NCBI GenBank assembly: GCA_050246315.1
Contig: JBFWWG010000002.1
Span: forward strand, 300,811 to 364,810
Source: Nitrospiraceae bacterium
GTDB taxonomy: Bacteria > Nitrospirota > Nitrospiria > Nitrospirales > Nitrospiraceae
DNA length: 64,000 nt
Direction of reading: 5' to 3'
In this document: positions 39,656 to 50,928 of the stretch, one piece after another
Layout: each line of letters starts with the position of its first letter
How positions within the stretch are numbered: the first letter of the stretch is position 1
Notes under the pieces: model-generated
Told to the model about the DNA's origin: nothing
The model's database searches: none
Seen by the model: the letters and a program-made list of their open reading frames with translations, nothing else
Translations under genes and position numbers: made by a program

Positions 39656-39732
39656 TGTAAGGCAGCTCACAGCCTTCTCATGTGGTGGATGGTAATGTGC
39701 GCATGCATATATCGAGGCATCTAGATATATGC
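39656..39732 (+). promoter_or_regulatory. Crp-type box, -10 element and ArsR-type operator
   Basis: TGTAA-ggcagc-TCACA (39656), TAATGT (39693), GCATATATC-N10-GATATATGC (39705-39732). Confidence 0.75.
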
Positions 39733-39795
39733 CTGCCCTTTCGAGATCGAAAGCGCAGCAACCTATCTCCCACTATCACAAAGGAGGGTCAGACC

Positions 39796-39921
39796 ATGTC
39801 GCTGATGTGTTCGATGGAAGGTTGCACGAGACAGCACGGGATGTGCGGGCATGAAAAAATGATGCTCGTCATGATGGTCATGCTGATGGTCGGCGGAGCG
39901 GCCTACTGGCTTCTGGGATAG
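39796..39921 (+). CDS. 41-aa Cys/His/Met-rich membrane peptide
   Basis: AAGGAGG RBS; MSLMCSMEGCTRQHGMCGHEKMMLVMMVMLMVGGAAYWLLG. Confidence 0.7.
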   Translation: MSLMCSMEGCTRQHGMCGHEKMMLVMMVMLMVGGAAYWLLG

Positions 39922-40065
39922 CAGGCGCTGCGCTCGATCGTCCACTCGAACCACTCACCGTTTGGTACGTCCCACTGTCCGAGGCGGGCCGGATCACGGC
40001 TGAACGATCGGTTCCCGTCGTGCTTTCGGGAAGCCAAAACAACGGCTGGAATTCCAGCCGGCGAC

Positions 40066-40108
40066 TGTAAGCTGCCTCACAGCGGCTAGGCCATAGGGGA
40101 GCTAAGAT
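40066..40108 (+). promoter_or_regulatory. Crp-type class II promoter of the buf-like operon
   Basis: TGTAA-gctgcc-TCACA; TAAGAT at 40103. Confidence 0.7.
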
Positions 40109-40277
40109 CCGACGACACAATCTAATCGTAGGAACACGACGAGAGAAGCCAACGAGATGGCCCACGCCAGAGAAAGGAGGGGTCCACATGATCGAGTCCT
40201 GAATCCGTCGCGATGCATCGATGTTCAGTCACGAGCCTCATTCCGAAGATCTTTCAACCTAGCAAAGGAGACCTCCC

Positions 40278-40613
40278 ATGAACGCCAACACGAAGAAGAA
40301 CGCCATGATTCACTCCGCGCTGCTCGTTGCATTCAGCCTGGCAGGGTCGCAGGCGATGGCTGCTGCTCCAAAGGTTCCGGAGCTACCTTCCGGCTGGGAG
40401 GCCTGCGGCGGGGTGGCCAAGGCCGGGATGAACGACTGTGCGGTCAAGACCAGCCTCCATTCCTGTGTGGGCATGGCCAAGAAGGACAATGAGCCCGATT
40501 CCTATGTGTTCTTGCCGAAAGGTCTGTGTGGAAAGATCGCGAACGGCACCGTACTGGCCATCACGAAAGACGATCTGGCGAAGATGAAAGAGATGATGAT
40601 GAAAAAGATGTAG
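40278..40613 (+). CDS. DUF2282 (BufA1-like) RiPP precursor
   Basis: Signal peptide; EACGGVAKAGMNDC...HSCVG...LPKGLCGKIANG. Confidence 0.88.
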   Translation: MNANTKKNAMIHSALLVAFSLAGSQAMAAAPKVPELPSGWEACGGVAKAGMNDCAVKTSLHSCVGMAKKDNEPDSYVFLPKGLCGKIANGTVLAITKDDLAKMKEMMMKKM

Positions 40614-40624
40614 GACGCGGCGCA

Positions 40625-41470
40625 ATGACGACGCACATCGACGCTCCGATCCCGGCCTGCGCCGGGATCGGACTTCGCTCACAACACTTTCGGGAGATCC
40701 TGGAGAACTTCCCACCGGTCGCCTGGATGGAAACTCATCCGGAAAACTATTTCGGTGACGGCGGCGCGTCACTCCGGATCCTCGAACGCATCAGGGCTCA
40801 CTACCCGCTGAGTTTCCACGGGGTCGGCCTGTCGTTGGGCTCGACCGATCCGATCGACCGTCTCCATCTCCAGAAACTCAAAGCTCTGGTCGATCGATTC
40901 GACCCGGCACTCGTGTCGGAGCACCTCTCGTGGAGTTCCGTCGGCGGTCGGTTCCTCAACGAGCTGTTACCGCTCCCCTACACAGAAGAAAGCTTGGATC
41001 ACGTCTGTGCCAGGATCGACGAGGTTCAGCAGATCTTGCGGCGGCCCCTGCTCATCGAAAACATCACCCGGTACCTGACATGGCGTGAATCCACTATCCC
41101 GGAAGGTGAGTTCCTGGCCGAGACAGCCAGGCGGACGGGCTGCGGCATTCTGCTCGATCTCAACAACGTCTATGTGAACGCGGTCAACTTTCACCTGGAC
41201 CCCTTCCAGTTCTTGGACGCCATTCCGGCCGAGGCAGTCTGGGAAATTCATCTGGCGGGTTTCGATCGCTTCGGGAGGTGGCTCATCGATACCCATGGCG
41301 AGGCGGTCTATCCGGAAGTCTGGGGCCTGTATCAGTGGGCGATTCATCATTTTGGACCGCGTCCGACGTTGATCGAGTGGGATACCAACATGCCGCCACT
41401 GTCTGTCCTGGTTGATCAGGCCAAGCAGGCGGACGCGATTCTTGGAGGCTGCCATGTTGCGGCTTCATGA
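40625..41470 (+). CDS. DUF692 multinuclear non-heme iron oxidase (BufB-like)
   Basis: GIGLRSQH, ETHPENY, HGVGLSLG, SEHLSW, LLDLNN, EIHLAG, IDTH, LIEWD. Confidence 0.93.
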   Translation: MTTHIDAPIPACAGIGLRSQHFREILENFPPVAWMETHPENYFGDGGASLRILERIRAHYPLSFHGVGLSLGSTDPIDRLHLQKLKALVDRFDPALVSEHLSWSSVGGRFLNELLPLPYTEESLDHVCARIDEVQQILRRPLLIENITRYLTWRESTIPEGEFLAETARRTGCGILLDLNNVYVNAVNFHLDPFQFLDAIPAEAVWEIHLAGFDRFGRWLIDTHGEAVYPEVWGLYQWAIHHFGPRPTLIEWDTNMPPLSVLVDQAKQADAILGGCHVAAS

Positions 41471-42230
41471 GATCCAACAGGCATTTGCTGAAGGCATGAT
41501 CGAAGGAAAATACGCCGTCGTGGCGGAAGCGATCGTGCCCGGAGGCTCTGCCCTGCGAAATGTGGCGCTCTATCGCCGCCTGATCCGTACCAACTACACG
41601 CAGGTGCTCAGCGTCACATTTCCCGTTCTACGCCGGTTTGTCGGTCCCCGGTATTTCAACCTCCTCGCGCGAGGCTATCTCAAAAGATACCCGTCGATGA
41701 GCGGCGATCTGTTTTCGTACGGGCGGCATCTTCCGGCGCTGCTGCTCGAATTACAGGTTCCCCGACTGTTGGCCGAACTGGCGCGATTGGAATGGACCTG
41801 CCACGAAGTGTATCAGGGCGCCGATTCCCTGCCGCTCCCCCACGCTCAACTAGATGCCATTGCGTCCGCTGACCCATCGCGCGTGACGTTCTGCCTCAAG
41901 CCGACTGCGCGACTGCTACGCTTCTCCTTGCCAGTCCATCGCGTGTGGCTGGCATTGCAACCGGACGCCCCGACAGACATCGTGGTCGACCTGCCGCTGC
42001 CGGAAGAGGACACGGGCATCCTGGTCACCAGAGCCGAAGGCAGGATCCATGTAGCGGCTCTCGCCGACCTCGACTACCGATTGCTCGAAGCCATGGCCGA
42101 GCGAAAGACCGTGGCCGAGGTCGAGCCGATGGCGAGAGAGGCCGACCCCGAATTCGATTTCACCCGGTTTATGGCGTCCATTCTAGATTTGAACGTGCTC
42201 GCCGGAGTATCCGTGGAGGCACCCTCATGA
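41454..42230 (+). CDS. DUF2063 MNIO partner (BufC/HvfC-like)
   Basis: LYRR..L...FPVLRRFVG..YF, ELARLEW. Confidence 0.88.
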   Translation: MLRLHEIQQAFAEGMIEGKYAVVAEAIVPGGSALRNVALYRRLIRTNYTQVLSVTFPVLRRFVGPRYFNLLARGYLKRYPSMSGDLFSYGRHLPALLLELQVPRLLAELARLEWTCHEVYQGADSLPLPHAQLDAIASADPSRVTFCLKPTARLLRFSLPVHRVWLALQPDAPTDIVVDLPLPEEDTGILVTRAEGRIHVAALADLDYRLLEAMAERKTVAEVEPMAREADPEFDFTRFMASILDLNVLAGVSVEAPS

Positions 42231-42760
42231 CACACGAGACTGGCCTGTTGGCGCGCGCAGTTAGGAGTGCGGTTTCAGCCTACCGTCGGGTAGTCTGGGG
42301 ACTGGAGGCCTTACTACCGCTGTTCGACCTGTTCGTCCGCCTCTATTTGGCTCACATTTTTTGGAAAGGCGGCATGGTCAAGCTCTCTAGCTGGATGTCG
42401 ACCGTGATGCTCTTCACCATGGTCTACGATGTGCCTCTGTTGCCGCCGGAGATCGCCGCCTACCTGGCCACCGTCGTCGAATTGGGCGGCTCGTTCCTGC
42501 TGGCCATCGGCCTGGCGGGTCGGTGGGCCGCCCTCTCGCTCTTCGGGCTGAATATCGTCGCTTCAATCTCGTACGGACAATTGTCCGAAGCCGCGCTGCA
42601 AGAGGCGTTCTATTGGGGGATTCTGTTCTTGTATTTCGTCCTGCACGGACCAGGACTGCTGTCCGCCGACACGCTGTTGCGCTATCTAATTCGACGCAGG
42701 CAATCAAAGCGCGATGCCGAGGAACATCTTGGCGAACGGACAATCGCTCACAGTGCTTAG
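42227..42760 (+). CDS. DoxX family membrane protein (BufD-like)
   Basis: RLYLAHIFWKGGMVK, ELGGSFLLAIGL, GPGLLSAD. Confidence 0.88.
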   Translation: MTHETGLLARAVRSAVSAYRRVVWGLEALLPLFDLFVRLYLAHIFWKGGMVKLSSWMSTVMLFTMVYDVPLLPPEIAAYLATVVELGGSFLLAIGLAGRWAALSLFGLNIVASISYGQLSEAALQEAFYWGILFLYFVLHGPGLLSADTLLRYLIRRRQSKRDAEEHLGERTIAHSA

Positions 42761-43074
42761 GTTGGACCTAGACGTACAGAGGATTCGCCGCGGGAAGGAG
42801 ACTTCATGTCATGGACAGCACAAGATCGATAAATGCGGAACGTCGGGTGAGCGATCCGGACCGCTGGAATGAGCACTGCGGTGACTATCTCCTTTGGGAT
42901 GCCTTCGACAGGTGCGGGATCGACACATTGCGCAGGATCTCCTGCAGGAGACTTAGCTGACGCCATTACAAGACCGTGTCCGCACTTCGCGCGACGGGGG
43001 GCGCGCATAAAGTTTGATTCTACGACATACGGGTCTGGACTTCGCTTTTCCTAACCTATTCATAACCGTGGCGG

Positions 43075-43878
43075 CTATTCAGGAACTTTCTTGAATACGA
43101 TATCTCCATAGTAGGCTTCCGCCGACTCGCCGGTATTGTCGGTGTCGGTCATAATGGCCACGCCGGAGATCAGCGGCGGCTCTTTTCCGAAGGCGCGTTT
43201 ATAGTCCTCGTAGACGTTACGCTCTTCCGTGACCCACGTATTGAGCTTGGCTGCCCCGCTTTCCACCACGATCATCTGAACCTGTTCCGTATAGGGATTC
43301 GGTACGGCGGTCCCCACGGGCGCACGGCTCTCCCAGATGTAATTGATCGCGCCGAGCGGGGGGTACCGGCCGTAGATGAGTTTCGCGGCTTCGTACTTCG
43401 CCTTGCCGAAGAGACCGACTTTCGCACTCTCGTATTGGAACGTGACGTAGATGCGGGCGGGATAGTCGTCCCCGTCTTTCCTGGTCACATCGCTAGCTTT
43501 CAGGGTATTCGACACTTTCCATCGCCATTGGAGGATAGGGTACTCCTTCGGATCGATGAGAATTTCTTTCGTGTATCCCGAAGAGGAAGCCTGACTGGCA
43601 GCCTTGACGGCGACACGATCCCCATCATGTACGAGGCTGTAGCTCGTGTGCTGCTGAATTTTAGGAAACGTGAGCGGCTTCCAGCCGTCCGGCCAGGGTC
43701 CACTCGGAGTGGCTGTAGAAAAGGGGCCGACCTCTACGGCGATGGGGGATCGGGCCTGTAGCCGGTTCGGATCACCGAGGATCATTCCGACCAACACGAA
43801 AGACGCGAGACCGACGATCACGGAGGAAATAGATGGTGCCATACTCTTGTGTCCTTTAAAAGCCATGTGGTGAAACAT
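43075..43878 (-). CDS. DUF3047 exported protein
   Basis: PILQWRWKV, GDDYPARIYV, AINYIW, AIMTDTDNTG; start may be 43842. Confidence 0.88.
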   Translation of the reverse strand: MFHHMAFKGHKSMAPSISSVIVGLASFVLVGMILGDPNRLQARSPIAVEVGPFSTATPSGPWPDGWKPLTFPKIQQHTSYSLVHDGDRVAVKAASQASSSGYTKEILIDPKEYPILQWRWKVSNTLKASDVTRKDGDDYPARIYVTFQYESAKVGLFGKAKYEAAKLIYGRYPPLGAINYIWESRAPVGTAVPNPYTEQVQMIVVESGAAKLNTWVTEERNVYEDYKRAFGKEPPLISGVAIMTDTDNTGESAEAYYGDIVFKKVPE

Positions 43879-43899
43879 ATCGATCCACGACGCACATCT

Positions 43900-45486
43900 C
43901 TATCGCCGTATCCAAGCAAACAGCTTGATCAAGAGATCTTTCGTCCTCCGCGTGAAATGCGCTTTTCGCCAGAGATTGACCACTTTTTTGATGACTTCAG
44001 CCTGTGTGGGATAGGGATGGATTGTGCCGGCGATCGTTTTGGCCCCTGCTCCCGCCTTCATGGCGACTGAAAATTCGCTGATCATGTCGCCGGCATGGGC
44101 CCCCACGATCGTCGCGCCCAGAATCTTATCGGTCCCTTTTTGAATGTGGACCCGAGCAAACCCTTCATCTTCCCCGTCTAGAATCGCCCGATCGACTTCC
44201 TCCAACTTGTAGGTATAGGTTTCAACCTCAAGGCCTTTCTCCTGTGCCTCTTTCTCATACAGTCCGACATGAGCCACTTCCGGTTCAGTGAAGGTACACC
44301 AGGGCATGACCAACGAATCGACACGGGCATAGCCCAGACCAAAAGGATGCGGGAACAACGCATTCTGGATGACGATTTGAGCCATGGCATCGGCAGCATG
44401 CGTAAACTTGTAGCGTGAGCAGATATCGCCTGCCGCGTAGATCTTTGGATTCGTCGTCTGCAATCTGGCATTGACCTTGATCCCGTTCTTGTCGTATTCG
44501 ACGCCAGCTTTCTCCAATCCGATCTGCTCCACGTTCGGCGTTCGCCCGACCCCGACGAGAATGTCGTCGACTGTCACGTCGTAGTGCCGGCCGTGCGAAT
44601 CGACGATCAACCGTTTCCCGCCTTCGGTCTCCTGCACCGTGAGATCCTTTCCGCAGCAAAGCACGGTCACGCCATCGCGGACCATCTGTTGCTCGACGAT
44701 GTCAGCCGCATCGCGGTCCTCGTTCGGCATGACCCCGTGCATCGCTTCGATGAGGTACACTTGGCTCCCAAAGCGGGCGAACGACTGTGCCAGCTCACAG
44801 CCGATGGGGCCGGCTCCGATCACTCCGATGCGTTGCGGCAACTCCGTCAATGAAAAGACGGTTTCGTTCGTGAGGTAACCGGTCTCCTGAAGCCCTGGTG
44901 CCGGAGGTGCCGATGCTCGCGCACCGGTGCAGACAGCGGCGTTCACAAAAGCCAGGATCCGATCGCCCGCCGGTCCTTCCACTTGGATGGCATCGGGACT
45001 GAGAAAGCGCCCATTGCCGATATAGACGTCTACACCCAGCTGGGTATAGCGATGGACTGAATCGTTCTGGCTGATGCGCGCCCGCAGTTTTCGCATGCGC
45101 GCCATGACAGCGCCGAAGTCATACGTGACGCCAGGAGGAATATGGAGGCCGAACTCCGTGGCTCTCCGCAGATCGGCCCACGCTCTGGCTGCTCGAATCA
45201 CGCCTTTTGATGGTACGCACCCAACATTGAGACAGTCTCCTCCCATCAGATGCTTTTCAATCAACGCGACTTTTGCCCCCAGGCTCGCGGCAACGACCGC
45301 GGTGATCAAGCCCGCCGTTCCGGCTCCGATCACCACGATGTTATAGCGACCGGTCGGCTCAGGGTTGACCCAATCGGGAGGATGCACATTGGCGACCAGC
45401 TGCTGATTGTACTCGTCGTTTGGAAGAACCAACGACTGATCGTGCTCACTCATGCCGGCGATCCTTGGGAGAGGCTTCATCATCAT
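43900..45486 (-). CDS. Class I pyridine nucleotide-disulfide oxidoreductase, MerA-like but without the C-terminal Cys pair
   Basis: GAGTAG, GGDCLNVGCVPSK, GAGPIG, IHPYPT; ends LFAWIRR. Confidence 0.9.
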   Translation of the reverse strand: MMMKPLPRIAGMSEHDQSLVLPNDEYNQQLVANVHPPDWVNPEPTGRYNIVVIGAGTAGLITAVVAASLGAKVALIEKHLMGGDCLNVGCVPSKGVIRAARAWADLRRATEFGLHIPPGVTYDFGAVMARMRKLRARISQNDSVHRYTQLGVDVYIGNGRFLSPDAIQVEGPAGDRILAFVNAAVCTGARASAPPAPGLQETGYLTNETVFSLTELPQRIGVIGAGPIGCELAQSFARFGSQVYLIEAMHGVMPNEDRDAADIVEQQMVRDGVTVLCCGKDLTVQETEGGKRLIVDSHGRHYDVTVDDILVGVGRTPNVEQIGLEKAGVEYDKNGIKVNARLQTTNPKIYAAGDICSRYKFTHAADAMAQIVIQNALFPHPFGLGYARVDSLVMPWCTFTEPEVAHVGLYEKEAQEKGLEVETYTYKLEEVDRAILDGEDEGFARVHIQKGTDKILGATIVGAHAGDMISEFSVAMKAGAGAKTIAGTIHPYPTQAEVIKKVVNLWRKAHFTRRTKDLLIKLFAWIRR

Positions 45487-45531
45487 ACCGTGGCGCCCTT
45501 CGTTGTGAATCGTCAATCGAGGGAGTATGCA

Positions 45532-46305
45532 TCACGCTGGTTTGGCCGCGAACCTTTTATAGACGACCGGCACGAGGGCGAGAAGCCCTAAGAGGATAAA
45601 GGCCCCGAGCACATTCGGCGACGCGATCTCCTTCAGTGAGTGAATGGTACCCAGTTGGCGTCCTGCGTAGGCATAGACGAACGAACCGGGAATGATGCCG
45701 AGCGCCGTGGCTCCGATATACGTTCCAGCGCTCACGCGAGTCAGTCCTGATACGAGATTGACCACGAAAAAAGGAAACAGGGGAATCAGTCGAAGAGTCA
45801 GCAAGTAGCTGAATGCATTCTTGGCAAAGCCTTCTTGGAACGGTCTCAGTGACTTCCCGAATTTGTGTTCCACTGTGTCCCGGAACACATACCGTGCGGT
45901 CAGAAACGCCACGGTCGCTCCGGTCGTCGCCCCGAGATTCACGAACAACGTTCCAAGGATAGCACCGAACACGAACCCGCCGGCGAGCGTGAGAATGACC
46001 GCACCCGGAAGCGACAAGCCGGTGACAATCGCATAGGCAAAAATAAAGATGCTGACTGCTGCGACATAATTCGTTTCGGTGAACGTCAGCAGATTATCCC
46101 GATTGGCCTTCAGGGCGTCCAACGATAAGAAGCGCCCAAGATCAAAATAGAAGAAGGCCCCGATGGCCAGCCCGATCACGAGCGTGATGATCACCTTGCC
46201 TGAAGGATGCTCCTTGGTGGAGGTAACGGGTGAAGTGCCCTGAGGGACAGCGTGGATCGGACGGTTGGTGTCATTCTGATGTCCGTCTGCACACCGTGTA
46301 TTCAT
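45532..46305 (-). CDS. TVP38/TMEM64 (DedA/VTT) membrane protein
   Basis: LSLPGA, GATTGAT, LRLIPLFPFFVVN, GIIPGS. Confidence 0.9.
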   Translation of the reverse strand: MNTRCADGHQNDTNRPIHAVPQGTSPVTSTKEHPSGKVIITLVIGLAIGAFFYFDLGRFLSLDALKANRDNLLTFTETNYVAAVSIFIFAYAIVTGLSLPGAVILTLAGGFVFGAILGTLFVNLGATTGATVAFLTARYVFRDTVEHKFGKSLRPFQEGFAKNAFSYLLTLRLIPLFPFFVVNLVSGLTRVSAGTYIGATALGIIPGSFVYAYAGRQLGTIHSLKEIASPNVLGAFILLGLLALVPVVYKRFAAKPA

Positions 46306-46397
46306 AGACCGGACTCCCTTCGTGTGACACAGTGAAACCAGACATGGGTTCCACTCCACATCAGGCTCTCTGGAAGATTCTCCTCTCCCAATGTTCG

Positions 46398-46440
46398 ACG
46401 ATAACCGACTCCCCGTTGAGATTCTGTGAGCCACATCACA
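46398..46440 (-). promoter_or_regulatory. Crp-type class II promoter
   Basis: TGTGA-gccaca-TCACA (46425); minus-strand TATCGT at 46403-46398. Confidence 0.7.
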
Positions 46441-46593
46441 ATCTGGAACGGCAGGGAAGCGGGGAAGCATGACAGCGGTAAGGCACGCGACTCCCCGTCC
46501 TTAGGAAGTGGGACATGTTCCAAGTGGGCTGGATCGAGAAGAGCACCAGCACATGCCCTGGCTGAGATCGTGGCACGAATCGCGCTGATGTGC

Positions 46594-47955
46594 TTATGAC
46601 AGTTCGTGATCATTGGGAATTACGAGAATGAAGTGATTCAAGAGCGCATGCCGCTCGTAGCTGAGCAGATACAGATGAAGCAGTGTGGGATCATTGGCGT
46701 CCCAATGGAGTAAGGGGCCATCCACGCCGATGGCATGATGGTCGAGCCAGCGATTGTGTGAATCCAGGTGGAATCCGTAGAAGGTGCGCTCGGCCGGGGG
46801 CTCCTTGACCACATGCTCATAAGACTCGAAGAAACTGGGGTTGCCGATACCGAGGGGAGCCTGCCAGCCACGGTCATAGTGCTCCGGAGACGCAACGGGA
46901 ATAGCGGTCCCATCGAGCCCGCCGAGAATCAGGCGAGTGGCTTCGCCGGTCAGATGACTGCGAAAATCGAGCTCGATCTCGAACAGTGTCTGAGCTCCTC
47001 CGATGAGTTTCACCTGCCGCACGGTGGCCCCAGCCAGCTCTGCGAGATAGTGCAATTGAGTGTCACGAGCGTGATCCCGGGAGTATCGGCCCGGCGGAAT
47101 GAAGCTTGAGAACTGCACCGGCCCGCGGTACCAGTCTCGATACACGGCCGCGACAGGCGTCAGGATGTTCTTGCGCTTATGAACTTGCTCGCCTCGTACA
47201 GCCACAGGCTCGTCCCAGCGGGTTGCCGCCTGAACCGGCCATTCCCGCTCAACCGTGCGGATCCGATCCAACCGGATCGGTGCCCCCGATGGATCAACCC
47301 AATGTTCGAGTGACCACCAATAGGACCAATATGACAATCCATTGACCCGTTCGAATAAGCCCTTGTACAGTCCGAGCGGGAACGTAAACCAGAGATGCTC
47401 ATAGACGCGGTCTTCCCCATTCTCATTGGTGAACAGCAACAGCTCCCACAGACCGGCATTCAAACAATTGCGGGCGAGATCGATACGGCTCAACGCCCGC
47501 TGCTCGAACCCGTCTCCCCCCTCGCGGACATGGACCTGGGATGACGATCGGTCAAACCGGAACTGCTGTCGGTTCCACTCGCGATCGATCAGTCCCACCT
47601 TCGTCAGATCTGGATCGGTTTTGACCCAGGTTGGAACGGCGGCAACGAGGTGCGCAAGGTCTACATCGATCAGTTCGATGGCGGTGGCCTCCTCCGAGGC
47701 CGGCTCGATGCGGAAGTGAAAGTGAGTATCGCGGGCCTGTTCGATGATCAGGCTTCGGTGAGGATACTTCGCGAAGACTGCGCTTCGTACCTCGGGATCC
47801 TCCGGGTACGCTGCGTCACTGAATGTGGTGAGACCGACAGTTTGTACTGGTGCAGTGTCGTAACGGGCCTGAAACCAGATTACTCCAACGACGACAATGA
47901 GGATAAGTGCGCCTGACGGCAGGAGTCCCCGTCGCTTCATGATGGTTGTAGACAT
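46594..47955 (-). CDS. Hypothetical membrane-anchored periplasmic protein
   Basis: 453-aa ORF, RBS GGAAGG, N-terminal TM; no family recognised. Confidence 0.75.
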   Translation of the reverse strand: MSTTIMKRRGLLPSGALILIVVVGVIWFQARYDTAPVQTVGLTTFSDAAYPEDPEVRSAVFAKYPHRSLIIEQARDTHFHFRIEPASEEATAIELIDVDLAHLVAAVPTWVKTDPDLTKVGLIDREWNRQQFRFDRSSSQVHVREGGDGFEQRALSRIDLARNCLNAGLWELLLFTNENGEDRVYEHLWFTFPLGLYKGLFERVNGLSYWSYWWSLEHWVDPSGAPIRLDRIRTVEREWPVQAATRWDEPVAVRGEQVHKRKNILTPVAAVYRDWYRGPVQFSSFIPPGRYSRDHARDTQLHYLAELAGATVRQVKLIGGAQTLFEIELDFRSHLTGEATRLILGGLDGTAIPVASPEHYDRGWQAPLGIGNPSFFESYEHVVKEPPAERTFYGFHLDSHNRWLDHHAIGVDGPLLHWDANDPTLLHLYLLSYERHALLNHFILVIPNDHELS

Positions 47956-48123
47956 GGCCTGGCCTTCCTTTCAGAGTGCGGAGACTGCTCGGCGCAGGTC
48001 TGCGTGGTGCACACACGGCCGCCGCCTCTTAGTGGAGCAGAATGCGCGACGACAAATCGGCAGCCTTGGACCGGAGCCGTCCCCCAGGATACAGTGCGAT
48101 TATGAAATGGCTACTGTGGAAGG

Positions 48124-48435
48124 TTAGGACAGTATCGGAGGAGCGCGAGCGCGTACCGTTTCTGAAAAAACCGGCAGGACAGGAGTCTGTGACAGGCTCA
48201 CCGGATTGTAGAAGACGATTGGAATCGGGCGAATGACGTCAAGACAGACGACAGAACCTGCTTCGCCGCTGGTTCCGATCCATGTACAGACCTGGTGATG
48301 AGGCTTGGCGGGTTGATCTGTCCGTGGGAGGCCTGCTTCCAACGCCCAGATGTGCATCCAGACGGTCAGTGAGACATAGGCTACGCCGACGGTCCAGAAC
48401 AGCAGCCGATGTCGTCGATCGATGAGCCTGTTCAT
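48124..48435 (-). CDS. DUF2946/CruR-like leader peptide with C-terminal RAPP motif
   Basis: N-terminal TM, HHQVC, Pro-rich linker, RARAPP near the stop. Confidence 0.65.
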   Translation of the reverse strand: MNRLIDRRHRLLFWTVGVAYVSLTVWMHIWALEAGLPRTDQPAKPHHQVCTWIGTSGEAGSVVCLDVIRPIPIVFYNPVSLSQTPVLPVFSETVRARAPPILS

Positions 48436-48469
48436 GGGGAAATACGCTACTCCCCTCCGAACGAGCCTG

Positions 48470-50083
<1,614 letters not shown>

Positions 50084-50099
50084 AGATTTTTTACAGGCT

Positions 50100-50151
50100 A
50101 CGAGATCTCATGCCAATATGCAACGACTATTCGTAGATTACGATTAGTCGT
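50100..50151. promoter_or_regulatory. Triple ACGA-N4-TCGT enhancer (UAS)
   Basis: ACGAgatcTCAT 50100, ACGActatTCGT 50123, ACGAttagTCGT 50140. Confidence 0.7.
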
Positions 50152-50220
50152 AGCGGTTGCCAGTCAAGCAAAATCCATTTAAGTCATGTTTTTTCAATAC
50201 CTTATTAATCAGCGCCGATC

Positions 50221-50236
50221 AGGCACGCCCTCTGCT
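50221..50236 (+). promoter_or_regulatory. Sigma54 promoter of AhpD operon B
   Basis: AGGCACGCCCTCTGCT: GG-N10-GC. Confidence 0.75.
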
Positions 50237-50296
50237 CACACGAGGGCTATCGAACGCTGGTGCAACGAATCAGATCCACTCACAAAGGAGGAATGT

Positions 50297-50866
50297 ATGA
50301 ATCGCATCGCACACCTTGATCCCGCAACCACGAACGGCCCGGCCAAGCAGCTCTTCGATGCCGTGCAAGCCAAGCTTGGTGCCGTCCCGAACCTGTTCCG
50401 GGTGTTGGGCAACTCTCCAGCCGCGCTCAACGGCTTCCTGAGCCTCAACGGAACCCTCGCCTCCGGAACCTTCCCCGCTAAGTTGCGAGAGCAAATCGCA
50501 CTAACCGTGGCCGAGACCAATCAATGCGCCTACTGCCTCAGCGCGCACGCATTCGTCGGCGGCAGGCTCGGATTGAGCACGCAGGATATTGCGGATGCCC
50601 GGCAGGCTGATGCCACCGATAAGCGGACCGATGCCATTCTCAAGCTCGCACAGAGCATCGTCGTCCAGCGCGGGGAACTCGGCGCGACGGGCCTGGATCA
50701 GGCGCGCGCGGCCGGGCTGACCGACGGTGACATTGTCGAAACCGTCGCCCATGTCGCGCTGAACATCTTCAGCAACTACCTCAACCATATTGCCGGCACG
50801 GTCATCGATTTTCCGGAGGTTCCGCTCGCGCAGGGGCATGCCGCATCGTCTTGCGCCTGCGGCTAG
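50297..50866 (+). CDS. AhpD-like peroxidase-related enzyme
   Basis: VPNLFR, REQIALTVAETNQCAYCLSAH; AAGGAGG RBS. Confidence 0.92.
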   Translation: MNRIAHLDPATTNGPAKQLFDAVQAKLGAVPNLFRVLGNSPAALNGFLSLNGTLASGTFPAKLREQIALTVAETNQCAYCLSAHAFVGGRLGLSTQDIADARQADATDKRTDAILKLAQSIVVQRGELGATGLDQARAAGLTDGDIVETVAHVALNIFSNYLNHIAGTVIDFPEVPLAQGHAASSCACG

Positions 50867-50928
50867 AAGCAAAGGCCCGTGCTATTCAAGGGATTCCTAC
50901 TCATCAACGCAGACGAAAGGATGCTGTC

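Noticed and set aside
43900..45486. Calling this gene merA
   Set aside because: No C-terminal Cys-Cys or NmerA, has HPYPT, and is not under the merOP
48188..48202. TGTGA-N5-TCACC as a Crp box
   Set aside because: Wrong spacing and inside a coding region
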